A DNA stretch of 64,000 nt from Nannocystis bainbridge (GTDB taxonomy: Bacteria > Myxococcota_A > Polyangia > Nannocystales > Nannocystaceae): assembly GCF_028368995.1 (NCBI RefSeq), contig NZ_JAQNDL010000003.1, positions 928,001-992,000 on the forward strand. Direction: 5' to 3'. The stretch's first letter is position 1; every line of letters starts with the position of its first letter. This document shows, piece by piece, positions 50,462 to 60,578 of this stretch. A model generated the notes under the pieces. It saw only the letters and a program-made list of their open reading frames with translations. It did no database searches and had not been told where the DNA came from. The position numbers were made by a program, and so were the translations under genes.

Positions 50462-51298
50462 GTGGCCCTCGCGCCTCAGCTCGCGGTCGTCGCCTGGCTC
50501 GCCCTCGCCGCGGCCCCGCTCGAGCTGCAGACCGACGCCGTCGATCCGCGCCTCACCGAAGCCGGCCTGCGCGCGCGCGTCGGCGACGACCTCGACGCGT
50601 GGACGCTCCGCGTCCGCCCCGGCCCGACCGAGCGCGAGCTCGAAGTCCGCCTGCGCGGCCCCGACGGCGCCACGCGCACGCGCCGGCTGATCCTCTCCGG
50701 CACCACCCGCGAAGACCGCAGCCGCGAGCTCGCCGCCAGCCTCACCCTGCTCATGGATGAGGCTTCGGCCCCCCCACGCGGAGGCAAGCCCGCGACACCG
50801 CCCCCACCCGCGCCTCGCGCCCCGACGTCGGGCTGGCTCGGCCTCGGTCCGCGCGTCGAAGCCGGCCCCAAGCTCGCCGAGGGCGGCGTCGACGTGATGG
50901 GCGGCGCCTGGCTGCTGCGCGATCACCTGCAACCGATCGCCAGCCTCGGCCTCGGCGGCGCCGCGCCCGAGGACGTGTCCCTGTTTCACCTCCGCTTCGG
51001 CGGCGGGCTGGCCGCCGGCGCCTCGCTGCTCGACCGGCGGATCTGGCTCGGAGGACATGTCCTCGCCCACGCGCTGCGCTCGCGACTCCGCGAGCGCGAT
51101 CATCTCCGCGTCGACTGGATGGCGTCGACGGAGATCGGCGCGACCCTGCAATACCGCGGTCGGCGCCTGTTCCTCGGCGCCCGCACCGGGGTCGATCTCG
51201 TGCTGCCGCCGCGTCCGGTGCCAGGCCACGGGGCGCGGATCCGGCGCGGTCCGGCGCAGTGGGTGCTCGGCCTCGTCGTCGGCGTCGTCTTCGGCTGA
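50462..51298 (+). CDS. Hypothetical envelope protein, probable C-terminal beta-barrel
   Basis: Signal-like N-terminus and amphipathic strands ending VVGVVFG; upstream of the ECF sigma. Start uncertain. Confidence 0.55.
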   Translation: MALAPQLAVVAWLALAAAPLELQTDAVDPRLTEAGLRARVGDDLDAWTLRVRPGPTERELEVRLRGPDGATRTRRLILSGTTREDRSRELAASLTLLMDEASAPPRGGKPATPPPPAPRAPTSGWLGLGPRVEAGPKLAEGGVDVMGGAWLLRDHLQPIASLGLGGAAPEDVSLFHLRFGGGLAAGASLLDRRIWLGGHVLAHALRSRLRERDHLRVDWMASTEIGATLQYRGRRLFLGARTGVDLVLPPRPVPGHGARIRRGPAQWVLGLVVGVVFG

Positions 51299-51369
51299 GC
51301 GGCCTTGGATTTGTCGCGGCCGACCCGGTCTATAGCTACGTGTTCAGCTCCGCTACACTCTGGCCGGCC

Positions 51370-51942
51370 ATGACCTCGCGGGCCGCAGTCAGGGACGTGG
51401 AGAGCGCCGCCGTCCTGGCGGCCGCGCAGGACGGCGACAGGGCCGCCCAGGCCGCGATCTTCGAGGCCTACAAGGAACGGGTCGCCCGCCAGGTGTTCCG
51501 CATGACCGGCGACGCGTCGTCGGTCGACGACCTGGTCCAGGAGGTCTTCATCTCCGCCTTCTCGGCCCTCGGTCGGTTCCGCGGCGACGCCCAGCTCGGC
51601 ACCTGGCTCTACACCATCGCCGCCAACCGCGTGCGCAACTGGTGGGACTCCCAGCGCCGCCGCCGTCGCCGCGAGGACATCGCCTCGGCCCACGCCGACG
51701 ACCCCGTGGCCACCCCCGAGGCCGACCTCGAGGCCCGCCAGCAGCGCGACCACCTCTATCGCGCGCTCGGCGAGCTGCCCGACAAGCTGCGCGAGTCGTT
51801 CGTCGCCCGCGCGATCGAGGGCATGAATTTGCACGAGGCCTCGGCCGCGCTCGGCGTGCCGATCAGCACCGTCTCTTACCGCACCCGTCGCGCCGAACAG
51901 ATGCTGTGCGCCGCCCTGGGGATCCCCTGGAGGGATGAATGA
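51370..51942 (+). CDS. ECF RNA polymerase sigma factor
   Basis: DDLVQEVFI, FRGDAQLGTWLYTIAAN, region-4 LGVPISTVSYR. Confidence 0.92.
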   Translation: MTSRAAVRDVESAAVLAAAQDGDRAAQAAIFEAYKERVARQVFRMTGDASSVDDLVQEVFISAFSALGRFRGDAQLGTWLYTIAANRVRNWWDSQRRRRRREDIASAHADDPVATPEADLEARQQRDHLYRALGELPDKLRESFVARAIEGMNLHEASAALGVPISTVSYRTRRAEQMLCAALGIPWRDE

Positions 51943-52859
51943 GCCCCGATTTTCGCCCCGCCCCCGGCGAGCCCGCCGTCCGTTCGCCCGAGCTGCTGCG
52001 CCTGGTCCAGGCCGCCCGAGTCGCGCCACCACCTGTCCTCAAGGCCAGCTCAGACGCCGTGTTCGCCGGCTTCCAGGCCCGCCGCCGCGACCGTCGCCGC
52101 CTGGTCGTCGGCGCCGCCGTGGCCGTCGCCGCCGCCGTGGCGCTGCTCTGGGCCCGCCCTTCGTTCATGTCCTCCAGGACAGGTACTTTGGAACCTGTCG
52201 CAACGAACAGCATGCAGGCACCCCACGTCGCGCCGCTGCCGGTCCTGGCCGAAGCCGTGCGCGTGGTCGCCGAGGAGGGCCCGCCCGCGGGCGTTCGCGG
52301 CGAGTGGCAGGTCGAGCTCGGCGACGGCCGCTACGACGTCACCGTCGCCGCCCACGCTGGCCCCGAGCTGCTGCGCGTCGACACGGCCGGCGGCACCGTC
52401 GAGATCGCCCAGGGCCGGGTCGTCATCGTCGTCGCCGGCGCCCGCACCGAGGCCGTCCTGCGCACCGGCGTGGCCACGTGGATCGCCCCCGGCGGCGCCC
52501 GCACCCCGCTCGCCGTCGCCCCGGCCGAGGCCAGCCTCGACGACGCACCTGACCCGAAGGCCAGCCCGTCCGACCTCGCCCGCCACGCCGACGCCCTGCT
52601 GGCCGCCGGCCGCCGCGACGCCGCCATCCGCGTGCTCGACCTGCTCGTCACCACCCACCCGGACAGCCCCCCGGCCCGCGCCGCCCTGCTCGACCTGGCC
52701 CGCCTCCTCAAGGCCGCCTCGCGCGCCGACGAGGCCCGCTGCGCCTACGCGCTCTACCTGGCCCGCTACCCAGGCAAGGAGCAGCTCGCCGATGAGGTCG
52801 AAGCCGCCCTGAGCCGCCTCGGCCCCGGCCCCGCCTGCACCGACCTGCGCCCGCGCTGA
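51939..52859 (+). CDS. Putative anti-sigma factor (TM + FecR-like + TPR)
   Basis: ATGA overlap with the sigma gene; single TM, beta-rich domain and C-terminal TPR (YLARYP). Confidence 0.7.
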   Translation: MSPDFRPAPGEPAVRSPELLRLVQAARVAPPPVLKASSDAVFAGFQARRRDRRRLVVGAAVAVAAAVALLWARPSFMSSRTGTLEPVATNSMQAPHVAPLPVLAEAVRVVAEEGPPAGVRGEWQVELGDGRYDVTVAAHAGPELLRVDTAGGTVEIAQGRVVIVVAGARTEAVLRTGVATWIAPGGARTPLAVAPAEASLDDAPDPKASPSDLARHADALLAAGRRDAAIRVLDLLVTTHPDSPPARAALLDLARLLKAASRADEARCAYALYLARYPGKEQLADEVEAALSRLGPGPACTDLRPR

Positions 52860-52865
52860 CGCGCC

Positions 52866-52943
52866 GAGCCTGTCCGTAGGTCATGTCCCTACGGACATGT
52901 TCGTGCGGACCTGTCCATTCGAACATGTCCCGAAAGCACGAGA
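52866..52943. repeat. 14-bp-period palindromic array, about 6 units, between convergent genes
   Basis: Centres at 52869, 52882, 52896, 52910, 52924, 52937. Confidence 0.9.
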
Positions 52944-52994
52944 GCGGTCGACGCGTCCTCGGACCCGTCGACCGCCCACAGCGAGCCGCCCCGC

Positions 52995-54029
52995 TTACTC
53001 CTCGAGCTGCTCCAGCTTCTTGCGCACCCCGAACGGCACCGCCAGGCGCACGCGGAAGCCGTCGACCTGGAAGAATTGGCGGATGACCGTCTCGTTGATG
53101 GCCGCCGCGCGGTGGGCGATCGTCTGCAGATCCTTGAGCATCGGCATCACCGCCTTGCCGACGCCCTGGAACTCCTCGCTGAGCTTGCGCAGGTTCTTCA
53201 CCGCCGCGCTGCCGTCGGCCATCATCGACTCGACCTTGCTCGTATCGACCGCGTCGATGAGCTTCTCGACCTTGGCCAGCGCGCGGTCGCCGTCGACGAA
53301 CAGTTGCTTGCCCTTGGTGATCAGCCCTGGCACTTCACGCCGGAGCTCGGCGAGCACCGCGTCGCCGTTGTCGATCATGCGACCGATCTTGGGGTTCTCG
53401 AGGTGCGCCCGCGTCGCCTTGACGATCGCGCGCAGGTCCTCGCGGTTCTCGGCCAGCATCTCCTTCGTGGTGGTGAGCATCGTCTCGACGTCGCCGAGCA
53501 TGCGATCGAGGCGCTCTTTGGGCAGCCCGCCCTCGTCGAGCGCCTTTGTCAGCGCATCGAAGCGCTTGACGATGCGGACCACGGGGCCGTAGAGCGCCTC
53601 GTCGCCCTCGACCACCCCGTTCATCGCGTTGAGCGCCTCGCCGATGTCGACGCTCGGGTCGACGCAGGGGATCTCCGCCCCGGGCGGCAGCGTCGTCCCG
53701 CTGTCGGGCTGGCGCAGGTGCAAGAATTTCTCGCCGAGCAGGCCCTTCATCTGCGGCGACGCGCAAGTCTCGGCGAAGATCGGCACATCCGGGTTGATGC
53801 GCAGCTCGAGCAGCGCCTTGTTGCCGTCGATCCCGATCTTCTTGATCTGCCCGATCTGCACCCCGGCGATGCGGACCGCGTTGCCTTCGACCAGGCCGCC
53901 CGCGTCGTCGAGGTGGAGGCGGTAGTAGGTCCCCGCCTTGGGCAACGCGCCGAGCGTCCACGCCAGCCCGGCCAGCGCGGCCAGGGTCACCGTGACGAAG
54001 ATTGCGAGGGTTAGGTAGCGCGTGTTCAT
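52995..54029 (-). CDS. MCE/MlaD family protein with helical extension
   Basis: N-terminal TM, DAGGLVEGNAVRIAGVQIG, GLLGEKFL. Confidence 0.9.
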   Translation of the reverse strand: MNTRYLTLAIFVTVTLAALAGLAWTLGALPKAGTYYRLHLDDAGGLVEGNAVRIAGVQIGQIKKIGIDGNKALLELRINPDVPIFAETCASPQMKGLLGEKFLHLRQPDSGTTLPPGAEIPCVDPSVDIGEALNAMNGVVEGDEALYGPVVRIVKRFDALTKALDEGGLPKERLDRMLGDVETMLTTTKEMLAENREDLRAIVKATRAHLENPKIGRMIDNGDAVLAELRREVPGLITKGKQLFVDGDRALAKVEKLIDAVDTSKVESMMADGSAAVKNLRKLSEEFQGVGKAVMPMLKDLQTIAHRAAAINETVIRQFFQVDGFRVRLAVPFGVRKKLEQLEE

Positions 54030-54037
54030 GCTTCACC

Positions 54038-54820
54038 TCACAGGACCTGGATCGGCCCCTTCGTGGATCGATCGAAAAATTGATTGATGGCCTCGCCGTT
54101 CGACCGGAGCACCTGCTCCTTGGTCCCGAACGTCTGCAGCACACCCTTGTAGAGCAGCCCGATGTGGCTGGCGATGGTGCGCGCCTCGGCGGTGTCGTGG
54201 CTGATGACCACGAACGTCATGTTGTACCGGCGGTGCAGATCGAGGATCAGGTCGTCGAGCGTCGCCGACATCACCGGGTCGAGGCCCGACGACGGCTCGT
54301 CGCACAGCACGATCCTCGGCTGCAGCGCGATCGCCCGGGCGAACGCCACCCGCTTGCGCATCCCGCCGCTCAGCTCCGCCGGCATCTTGCGCTGCACGTC
54401 CTTCAGCCCGACCGCGTCCAGGTACTCCTTGACCCGCTGCGCGATCTCCGTCTCCGACATCTTCTCGTGCTGCCGCAGCGGGAACGCCACGTTGTCGCCG
54501 ACGCACATGTCGTCGAACAGCGCCCCGTCCTGGAACAGCATCCCGAACTTGCGGCGCAGCGCGAACAGCTTGTCGCGGTCGGCCGAGCGGCGCTCGTCGA
54601 GCGCCGTGATGTCCTCGCCCTCGATGAAGATCCGGCCCGAGTCCGGCTTCATCAGCCCGACCAGGCAGCGCAGCAGCACCGACTTGCCCGTGCCCGACGG
54701 CCCGAGCATCACCAGGATCTTGCCTGCGGGCAGCACCAGCGACACCTCGTGCAGCACGCGGTTGGGCCCGAACGACTTGCAGACCCTCTCGAGCGTGATC
54801 GCTGGCGCTTGCTCGGCCAT
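54038..54820 (-). CDS. MlaF/Mkl-type ABC ATPase
   Basis: GPSGTGKS, FGMLFQDGALFD, ELSGGMRKRVAFARA, DEPSSGLDP. Confidence 0.93.
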   Translation of the reverse strand: MAEQAPAITLERVCKSFGPNRVLHEVSLVLPAGKILVMLGPSGTGKSVLLRCLVGLMKPDSGRIFIEGEDITALDERRSADRDKLFALRRKFGMLFQDGALFDDMCVGDNVAFPLRQHEKMSETEIAQRVKEYLDAVGLKDVQRKMPAELSGGMRKRVAFARAIALQPRIVLCDEPSSGLDPVMSATLDDLILDLHRRYNMTFVVISHDTAEARTIASHIGLLYKGVLQTFGTKEQVLRSNGEAINQFFDRSTKGPIQVL

Positions 54821-54822
54821 CC

Positions 54823-55548
54823 TCACCTCACGTACAGCAGCGCCGAAAGGAACATGTTGAGGACGATGCACAGCACCGCCGAGTGGACGATCGCGCGATT
54901 GGTCGCGACCCCGACGCCCTCCGCTCCGTCGCGCTTGAGCGCGCGGTAGCCGTGGTAGCAGGACACGAGCGCCACCAGCCAGCCGAACACCACGCCCTTG
55001 AACACACCGGCGGCCAGATCCTCGAGGTGGACGATGTCGCGGACCTGCTCCATGAAGGTCCCGCCGTTGACCCCCATCTGATCGACCGCCGCCCAGTAGC
55101 TGGCCGCCAGGCCGACCACGTCGGCGTAGCCGCACAGCAGCGGCAGCATCAACGTCACCGCCCACAGCCGCGGCGCCACCAGGTGGCGCATCGGGTCGAC
55201 CGCCATCACCTCGAGCGCCTCGACCTGCTCGCTGATCTGCATGTTGGCCAGGCTCGCCGCCAGCGTCGCGCCGATGCGCGCCCCGCAGATCACCGCCGCC
55301 ATCACCGGGTACAGCTCGCGGATCCCTCCGACCCCGCAGAACAGCCCCAGCAGGTCCTGCCCGCCGAAGCGGACGAACGTGCCGTAGGCCTGCACCGACA
55401 GGTTCATCCCCGCGAAGATCGTCAGCAGCGTCAGCAGCGGCAGGCTGCCGACCCCGGCGTCGAGCGCGTGGCGCACGAACTCGTCGCGCGGCGGCAGCCC
55501 GCTGAACTGGGCGACGAGCGCGCGGCGGACGAAGTGCAGGAACTCCAC
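54823..55548 (-). CDS. MlaE/YrbE-type ABC permease
   Basis: RELYPV, EQVEALEVMAVDP, GAEGVGVAT. Confidence 0.9.
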   Translation of the reverse strand: MEFLHFVRRALVAQFSGLPPRDEFVRHALDAGVGSLPLLTLLTIFAGMNLSVQAYGTFVRFGGQDLLGLFCGVGGIRELYPVMAAVICGARIGATLAASLANMQISEQVEALEVMAVDPMRHLVAPRLWAVTLMLPLLCGYADVVGLAASYWAAVDQMGVNGGTFMEQVRDIVHLEDLAAGVFKGVVFGWLVALVSCYHGYRALKRDGAEGVGVATNRAIVHSAVLCIVLNMFLSALLYVR

Positions 55549-55550
55549 GC

Positions 55551-56312
55551 CTACACCCCCAACCTTAGAAGCGCCATGCTGACGAAGTAGTCCGCCACGA
55601 GGATCAGCACGATCGTCATGGTCACCGTGTCGTTGGCCGCCTTGCCGACCCCGGCCGCGCCGCCCGACGTGCGCAGCCCGAGGAAGCCCGCGATCAGGCC
55701 CACGGCTGTCCCGAAGGCCATGCACTTGCCGAGCCCGACCCACAGGTCGACCAGCGACACCTGCGCATAAAGATTGGCGAGGAACGACCCGTGGTCGACC
55801 CCCATCACCGGCACCGCGAAGAACCACCCGCTCAGCAGCCCGAGCAGCGTCGTCAGCACGCTGAGCAGCGGCGTCACGATCACGCAGGCGATCAGCCCTG
55901 GCACCACCACGTAGCGGATCGGGTCGACCGACATCACCGCCAGCGCGTCGATCTGCCCGCGCACCTTCATCGTGCCGATGCGCGCCGCGATCGACGAGCC
56001 CGCCTGCGCCGCCACCATCACCGACGCCAGCGCCGGGCTGTACTCGCGGAAGATCGCCGTCGCCAGCAGCGACGACAGCAGGCTCTCGGCCCCGAACATG
56101 CGGAACAGCCCCGCGCCCTGCAGCGAGATCACGGCGCCCACCGGCGCGACCGCGAGCCCGACCGGGATCAGACAGCGCCGGATCAGCAGGTCCATCACCC
56201 GCAACGTTTCATGCAGGTAACGCGGACCCGTCAGCAGACCACGACAAACAGCACAGAGGAACTCGACGAACGCGGCGCACGCTTCAAACCAGCGCAACGA
56301 CCGGTTCAACAC
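55551..56312 (-). CDS. MlaE/YrbE-type ABC permease
   Basis: REYSP, GTMKVRGQIDALAVMSVDP, GGAAGVGKA. Confidence 0.9.
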   Translation of the reverse strand: MLNRSLRWFEACAAFVEFLCAVCRGLLTGPRYLHETLRVMDLLIRRCLIPVGLAVAPVGAVISLQGAGLFRMFGAESLLSSLLATAIFREYSPALASVMVAAQAGSSIAARIGTMKVRGQIDALAVMSVDPIRYVVVPGLIACVIVTPLLSVLTTLLGLLSGWFFAVPVMGVDHGSFLANLYAQVSLVDLWVGLGKCMAFGTAVGLIAGFLGLRTSGGAAGVGKAANDTVTMTIVLILVADYFVSMALLRLGV

Positions 56313-56628
56313 GGCCGCCTCCCCGGTTTGTGAAATGTCGCCGACATGGTCCCTCGTGCCTTTTAACCGTGGACCAGGTCCGGAGCGCAACAAAATTCTC
56401 GGCTTCGCCCATCATCCCGGGACCGCTGTGCAGCCGCATGCACGACCGCTGCCAGCCGACTCGCCGGGCGGCCCTGCCTGCGGCGCGGCGTTTTCAGGAG
56501 CCTTGTTCTTTCCGCCCGGAACGCGGCTCGGCCGCCTGCTCGAATGCGCGCAGAGCCTTACCAGACGCCTCGGAACGCCGGTCCTCGGCAAATTTGACTC
56601 CCTGCGCGCGAGCGGCCAATGTTCCCGG

Positions 56629-58377
56629 GTGAAGCCGGTGAACATACGGCTCGTAACGGCGGCGGTCGGGGCCTCTTTTGGCCTCGCGTGCGGCCCCGGA
56701 TGCGTCACGCCCGGGCCTGCGCAACAAGCACAAGCTGTCGCCCCTCCCGATCCCGCGCCTGGTTCCGGCGGCGCGCCCGAGCCGGTGCAGGTGCACGTAC
56801 CGCCGCCGCCAGGGCCCACCCCCGCGCTCACCGACGCCGCGCGAGACGCCCGACTGTGGGCTCAGCGGGCGATCCTCGGCGAGCGGGCGGCCTTGCTGGA
56901 AGACAGCGCCGGCCAGCCGTTCCCCGTGATCCCCGTCGCAGCCGGGACCGAGCTGCAGGCCGCGATCATGCCCGGCGCCGGCGCCGGCAACCTCGACGCC
57001 TTGCCCGGCAGCGAGGGCACCGGAGCGGGCGGCATCGGCCTCGCGCCGGCGATCAACGGCAACGCCCTCGGCCAGTTCATCCTGCTCCAGCGCGGCGCCG
57101 ACGACCCGCTGCGGCACTTCCACGAGGCCCTGCGGCGCCTCGAGCAGGGCCTCGACGAGGACGGCAAGGTCCGCGTGCTCCTCTACGGCGCCTCGCACAC
57201 CGCCGCCGACATCTACCCGACCTACCTGCGCGCCTACTTGCAAAAGCGCTTCGGCGACGGCGGCCTCGGCTTCTATCCGCTCGCCAAGCCGAGCAAATAC
57301 TCGCGGCCCTACGGCTGCACGATCGACAGCTCGCGCGGCTGGAAGGTCGAGCACGCCCAGCGCTCGGAGGCGCGTGACGACGGCTACTTCGGCCTCCTGG
57401 GCGCCAGCGCCTCGGCCAGCAAGAAGCGCGACACGACCCGCGTCACCTTTAACCCGCCGATCGATCGCAAGGCCGAGCCGCCCGCGGTCAGCCGCTACGA
57501 CCTCTTCTTCCTGCGCCAGCCTGGCGGCGGCAAGTTCCAGGTGCTGTTCGCCGGCAAAAAGGCCTTCATCGTCGACACCAAGGCCAAGCAGGCCGGCCCC
57601 GGCTACCACAGCTTCGAGCGCCCCGGTCCGCCCGAGGCCATCGAGGTCCGGCCCATGGGCGACGGCGAGGTGCGCCTGTTCGGCGTCACCGTCGAGAACG
57701 AGGCCAAGGGCGTCGTCGTCGACACGCTCGGCATCGGCGGCACGCGGGCCTCGAACCACCTCAAGTGGGACGAGTTCGTTTGGGCCGACAACTACAAGCG
57801 CCGCGACCCTGACCTCGTCATCCTCGCCTACGGCAGCAACGAGTCGGTCGACGACGACCAGCCGATCGGCGTCTACAAGAACAACCTGCGCGAGGTCCTG
57901 GCTCGCCTGCGCCGCGCCTCGCCCGACACCAGCTGCGTGCTCGTCGGCCCCGGCGACTTCCCGCTCAAGCGCCCCGACAACTCGCTCGGCCCGCGCCCGC
58001 GCGTCGCCGACATCGTCGCCGCCCAGCGCGAGCTCGCCAGCGAGGCCGGCTGCGCCTTCTGGGACACCGTCCAGTTCATGGGCGGCGAGGGCTCGATGGC
58101 CTACTGGGCCTCGGCCCAGCCGGCCATGGCGATGTCCGACCACCTCCACCTCAACCGCCGCGGCTACACCCGCATGGGCATGGCCCTCGCCGACGCCCTG
58201 ATGTTCGACTTCGACGGCGGGCCCACGCTCGACCCCGGCGGCGACCCCTTGCTCGCCCGCGAGGCCCCGCAGCCCGACCCCACCGTGCCCCCCGGCGCCG
58301 TCCCGGCCGAGCCCGCCAAGCCCGCGCCCGACCCCGAGGCCCCGCCGCTCGCGGTCGTCCCCGCCTCCGCGCCCTGA
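56629..58377 (+). CDS. SGNH/GDSL hydrolase lipoprotein (Ape1-like peptidoglycan O-acetylesterase architecture)
   Basis: Lipobox GLAC; YGASHTAAD, LQKRFGDGG, LAYGSNE, DHLHL. Confidence 0.8.
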   Translation: MKPVNIRLVTAAVGASFGLACGPGCVTPGPAQQAQAVAPPDPAPGSGGAPEPVQVHVPPPPGPTPALTDAARDARLWAQRAILGERAALLEDSAGQPFPVIPVAAGTELQAAIMPGAGAGNLDALPGSEGTGAGGIGLAPAINGNALGQFILLQRGADDPLRHFHEALRRLEQGLDEDGKVRVLLYGASHTAADIYPTYLRAYLQKRFGDGGLGFYPLAKPSKYSRPYGCTIDSSRGWKVEHAQRSEARDDGYFGLLGASASASKKRDTTRVTFNPPIDRKAEPPAVSRYDLFFLRQPGGGKFQVLFAGKKAFIVDTKAKQAGPGYHSFERPGPPEAIEVRPMGDGEVRLFGVTVENEAKGVVVDTLGIGGTRASNHLKWDEFVWADNYKRRDPDLVILAYGSNESVDDDQPIGVYKNNLREVLARLRRASPDTSCVLVGPGDFPLKRPDNSLGPRPRVADIVAAQRELASEAGCAFWDTVQFMGGEGSMAYWASAQPAMAMSDHLHLNRRGYTRMGMALADALMFDFDGGPTLDPGGDPLLAREAPQPDPTVPPGAVPAEPAKPAPDPEAPPLAVVPASAP

Positions 58378-58461
58378 CTTCCTCACGCGGGCCGCGGCCC
58401 GTGCGAGCGCCTGTCCCTTCGACCAGGTCGAGCCGCGCGCGAGCCTCGACTTCGTCCTCTT

Positions 58462-58950
58462 TTAAAATCTCAGACCGAACGTCAGCCCGACGTGCGTCTG
58501 TCCGTTCGACCATGGCCGAAGAGACATCTTGTTCCCCGGCTGCCCGGACTTCCACGCCTTGCGCGCGACGATCCCGCGGCGCAGCAGGAAGCCGCCGCCG
58601 ACCGCGATCGGCACCGCGAACGCGAACGACAGCGAGCTCGACACCACCGCCGCGACGAACGGGTCGCCGCCGAGCGGACCGGAGCAGACCACAGTCTCGT
58701 CGATCTCCGACATCGCCCCCGACCTGCACGCCTCGCGCACCCGCGCCGCCCGCACCGCCTCGAACGTGCCGACCCCGACCAGCGCCGCCGCCACCGCGGT
58801 CGTCACCGCGCCGAGCCCGATCTCGACATCGCCGCGCTCGCTGAGCGGCGCGCGCGAGGGTGGGGGCTGACGCGGAGGTACGACGACCGCAGCCCCCGAT
58901 CCGCGGGCGCACCCGCACAGCATCGCCACGATCGTCGCCAGCGCTCGCAT
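58462..58950 (-). CDS. Hypothetical membrane lipoprotein
   Basis: Lipobox-like LCGC, two TM segments, C-terminal FGLRF. Confidence 0.55.
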   Translation of the reverse strand: MRALATIVAMLCGCARGSGAAVVVPPRQPPPSRAPLSERGDVEIGLGAVTTAVAAALVGVGTFEAVRAARVREACRSGAMSEIDETVVCSGPLGGDPFVAAVVSSSLSFAFAVPIAVGGGFLLRRGIVARKAWKSGQPGNKMSLRPWSNGQTHVGLTFGLRF

Positions 58951-59030
58951 CCTTCGCCTCCCGTTCTACCCGAAAGCCCGAGCCCCAGGCCACCGCCGAT
59001 CGCGTAGGCTCGCCGGCATAGGAGAGTTCC

Positions 59031-60548
59031 ATGGCAAAACGCGCCGAGCGCATCGCCTCCGCCTGCATCGCTTCCACCTTGCTGGCCGTCGCCTGCGGCG
59101 ACTCGTCCCAGGTCAGCGGCACTGACACTGCCCCGACCTCGACCGCCCCGACCGGCCTCACCCTCGACCCGACCGCCGGCACCACCGCGACCGCCACCAC
59201 CGACCCCGGCACCACCGGCGATCCCACCGACACCACCACCACGTCGAGCACCACCGTCACCCCGCCGACCTCGACGACCAGCATCACCGACCCGACGGCC
59301 ACCGATCCGAGCACGTCGACCACCGAGCCGTGCATCGGCCTCGAGTGCCAGATCGATCCGTGCGGCGGTGACCCGAACAAGACCACCGTCTCGGGCATCG
59401 TGTTCGCGCCCGAGGGCACCCTCCCGCTCTACAACATCACCGTCTACGTCCCCGCCGCCCCGCTCGATCCGGTCGTCGAGGGCGTCACCTGTGACACCTG
59501 CGGCGACGGCCTGCCCGGCGACCCGATCGTCGCCACCCTCACCAACACCAGGGGCGAGTTCACCCTCGCCGGCGTGCCCGCCGGGCAGAACATCCCGCTC
59601 GTCGTCAGCGTGGGCAAGTGGCGCCGCGAGGTCGTCCTGCCCGAGGTCGTCGCCTGCAGCGACAACCTCGCCCCTTACGACCTCACGCGCCTGCCCAAAA
59701 ACCAGAGCGAGGGCCACATCCCCAAGATCGCCATGGTCACTGGCGGCGCCGACCCGCTCGAGTGTCTGCTGCGCAAGATCGGCATCGAGGACGGCGAGTT
59801 CACCCCCGAAGCCGGCAGCGGCCGCGTCAACCTGTTCGAGGGCCAGGGCGGCGCCGACCGCTTCAGCGACGACCTCAACCGCGGCGCCGACTTCTCCGGC
59901 GCCAGCACCCTGTGGGGCAGCCTCGACACCTACAAGCAGTACGACATGGTCCTGATGGCCTGCGAGGGCGGGCAGAACGGCGGCGCCAAGTCGAACGCGA
60001 TGCGCCAGAACCTGGTCGACTACGCCGGCCTCGGCGGGCGGATCTTCCTGTCCCACTGGCACAACATCTGGATCGAGGACGGCCCCGACCCGTGGCCGAG
60101 CACCGCCGATTTCGTCAGCGAGCCCGACCTGCCGAACCCCGTCACCGGCAAGATCGACACCACCTTCCCCAAGGGCCTGGCGCTGGCCGATTGGATGCTG
60201 CACGTCGGCGGCTCCGACGTCCACGGCGAGATGCAGATCAAGGAGGCGCAGTACACCGTCGACTCGGTCAACGCCATGACCTCGACGCGGTGGGTCTACA
60301 CCGACTCGCCCGAGAACACGGTCCAGTACTTCACCTTCAACGCCCCCGTCGGCGTGCCCTCCGAGCAGCAGTGCGGCCGCGTGGTCGACAGCGACATCCA
60401 CGTCTCCTCCGGCGACCAGATCGGCGAGCCGTTCCCCTCCGGCTGCGAGACCCAGGGCCTGACACCGCAGGAGAAGGCCCTCGTGTTCATGTTCTTCGAG
60501 CTCTCGGCCTGCCTGATCCCCGACGACGAGGATCCCATCCCCGGATGA
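59031..60548 (+). CDS. Thr-rich lipoprotein with carboxypeptidase-regulatory-like domain
   Basis: AGGAG RBS, lipobox LAVAC, Thr stalk, TTVSGIVFAP...GEFTLAGVPAG...GKWRR. Confidence 0.82.
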   Translation: MAKRAERIASACIASTLLAVACGDSSQVSGTDTAPTSTAPTGLTLDPTAGTTATATTDPGTTGDPTDTTTTSSTTVTPPTSTTSITDPTATDPSTSTTEPCIGLECQIDPCGGDPNKTTVSGIVFAPEGTLPLYNITVYVPAAPLDPVVEGVTCDTCGDGLPGDPIVATLTNTRGEFTLAGVPAGQNIPLVVSVGKWRREVVLPEVVACSDNLAPYDLTRLPKNQSEGHIPKIAMVTGGADPLECLLRKIGIEDGEFTPEAGSGRVNLFEGQGGADRFSDDLNRGADFSGASTLWGSLDTYKQYDMVLMACEGGQNGGAKSNAMRQNLVDYAGLGGRIFLSHWHNIWIEDGPDPWPSTADFVSEPDLPNPVTGKIDTTFPKGLALADWMLHVGGSDVHGEMQIKEAQYTVDSVNAMTSTRWVYTDSPENTVQYFTFNAPVGVPSEQQCGRVVDSDIHVSSGDQIGEPFPSGCETQGLTPQEKALVFMFFELSACLIPDDEDPIPG

Positions 60549-60578
60549 ACCTTCGGGCATGTCCATGAGGACATGTCC
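60541..60578. repeat. 14-bp-period palindromic array, 3 units, at a gene end
   Basis: Centres at 60544, 60558, 60572. Confidence 0.8.
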
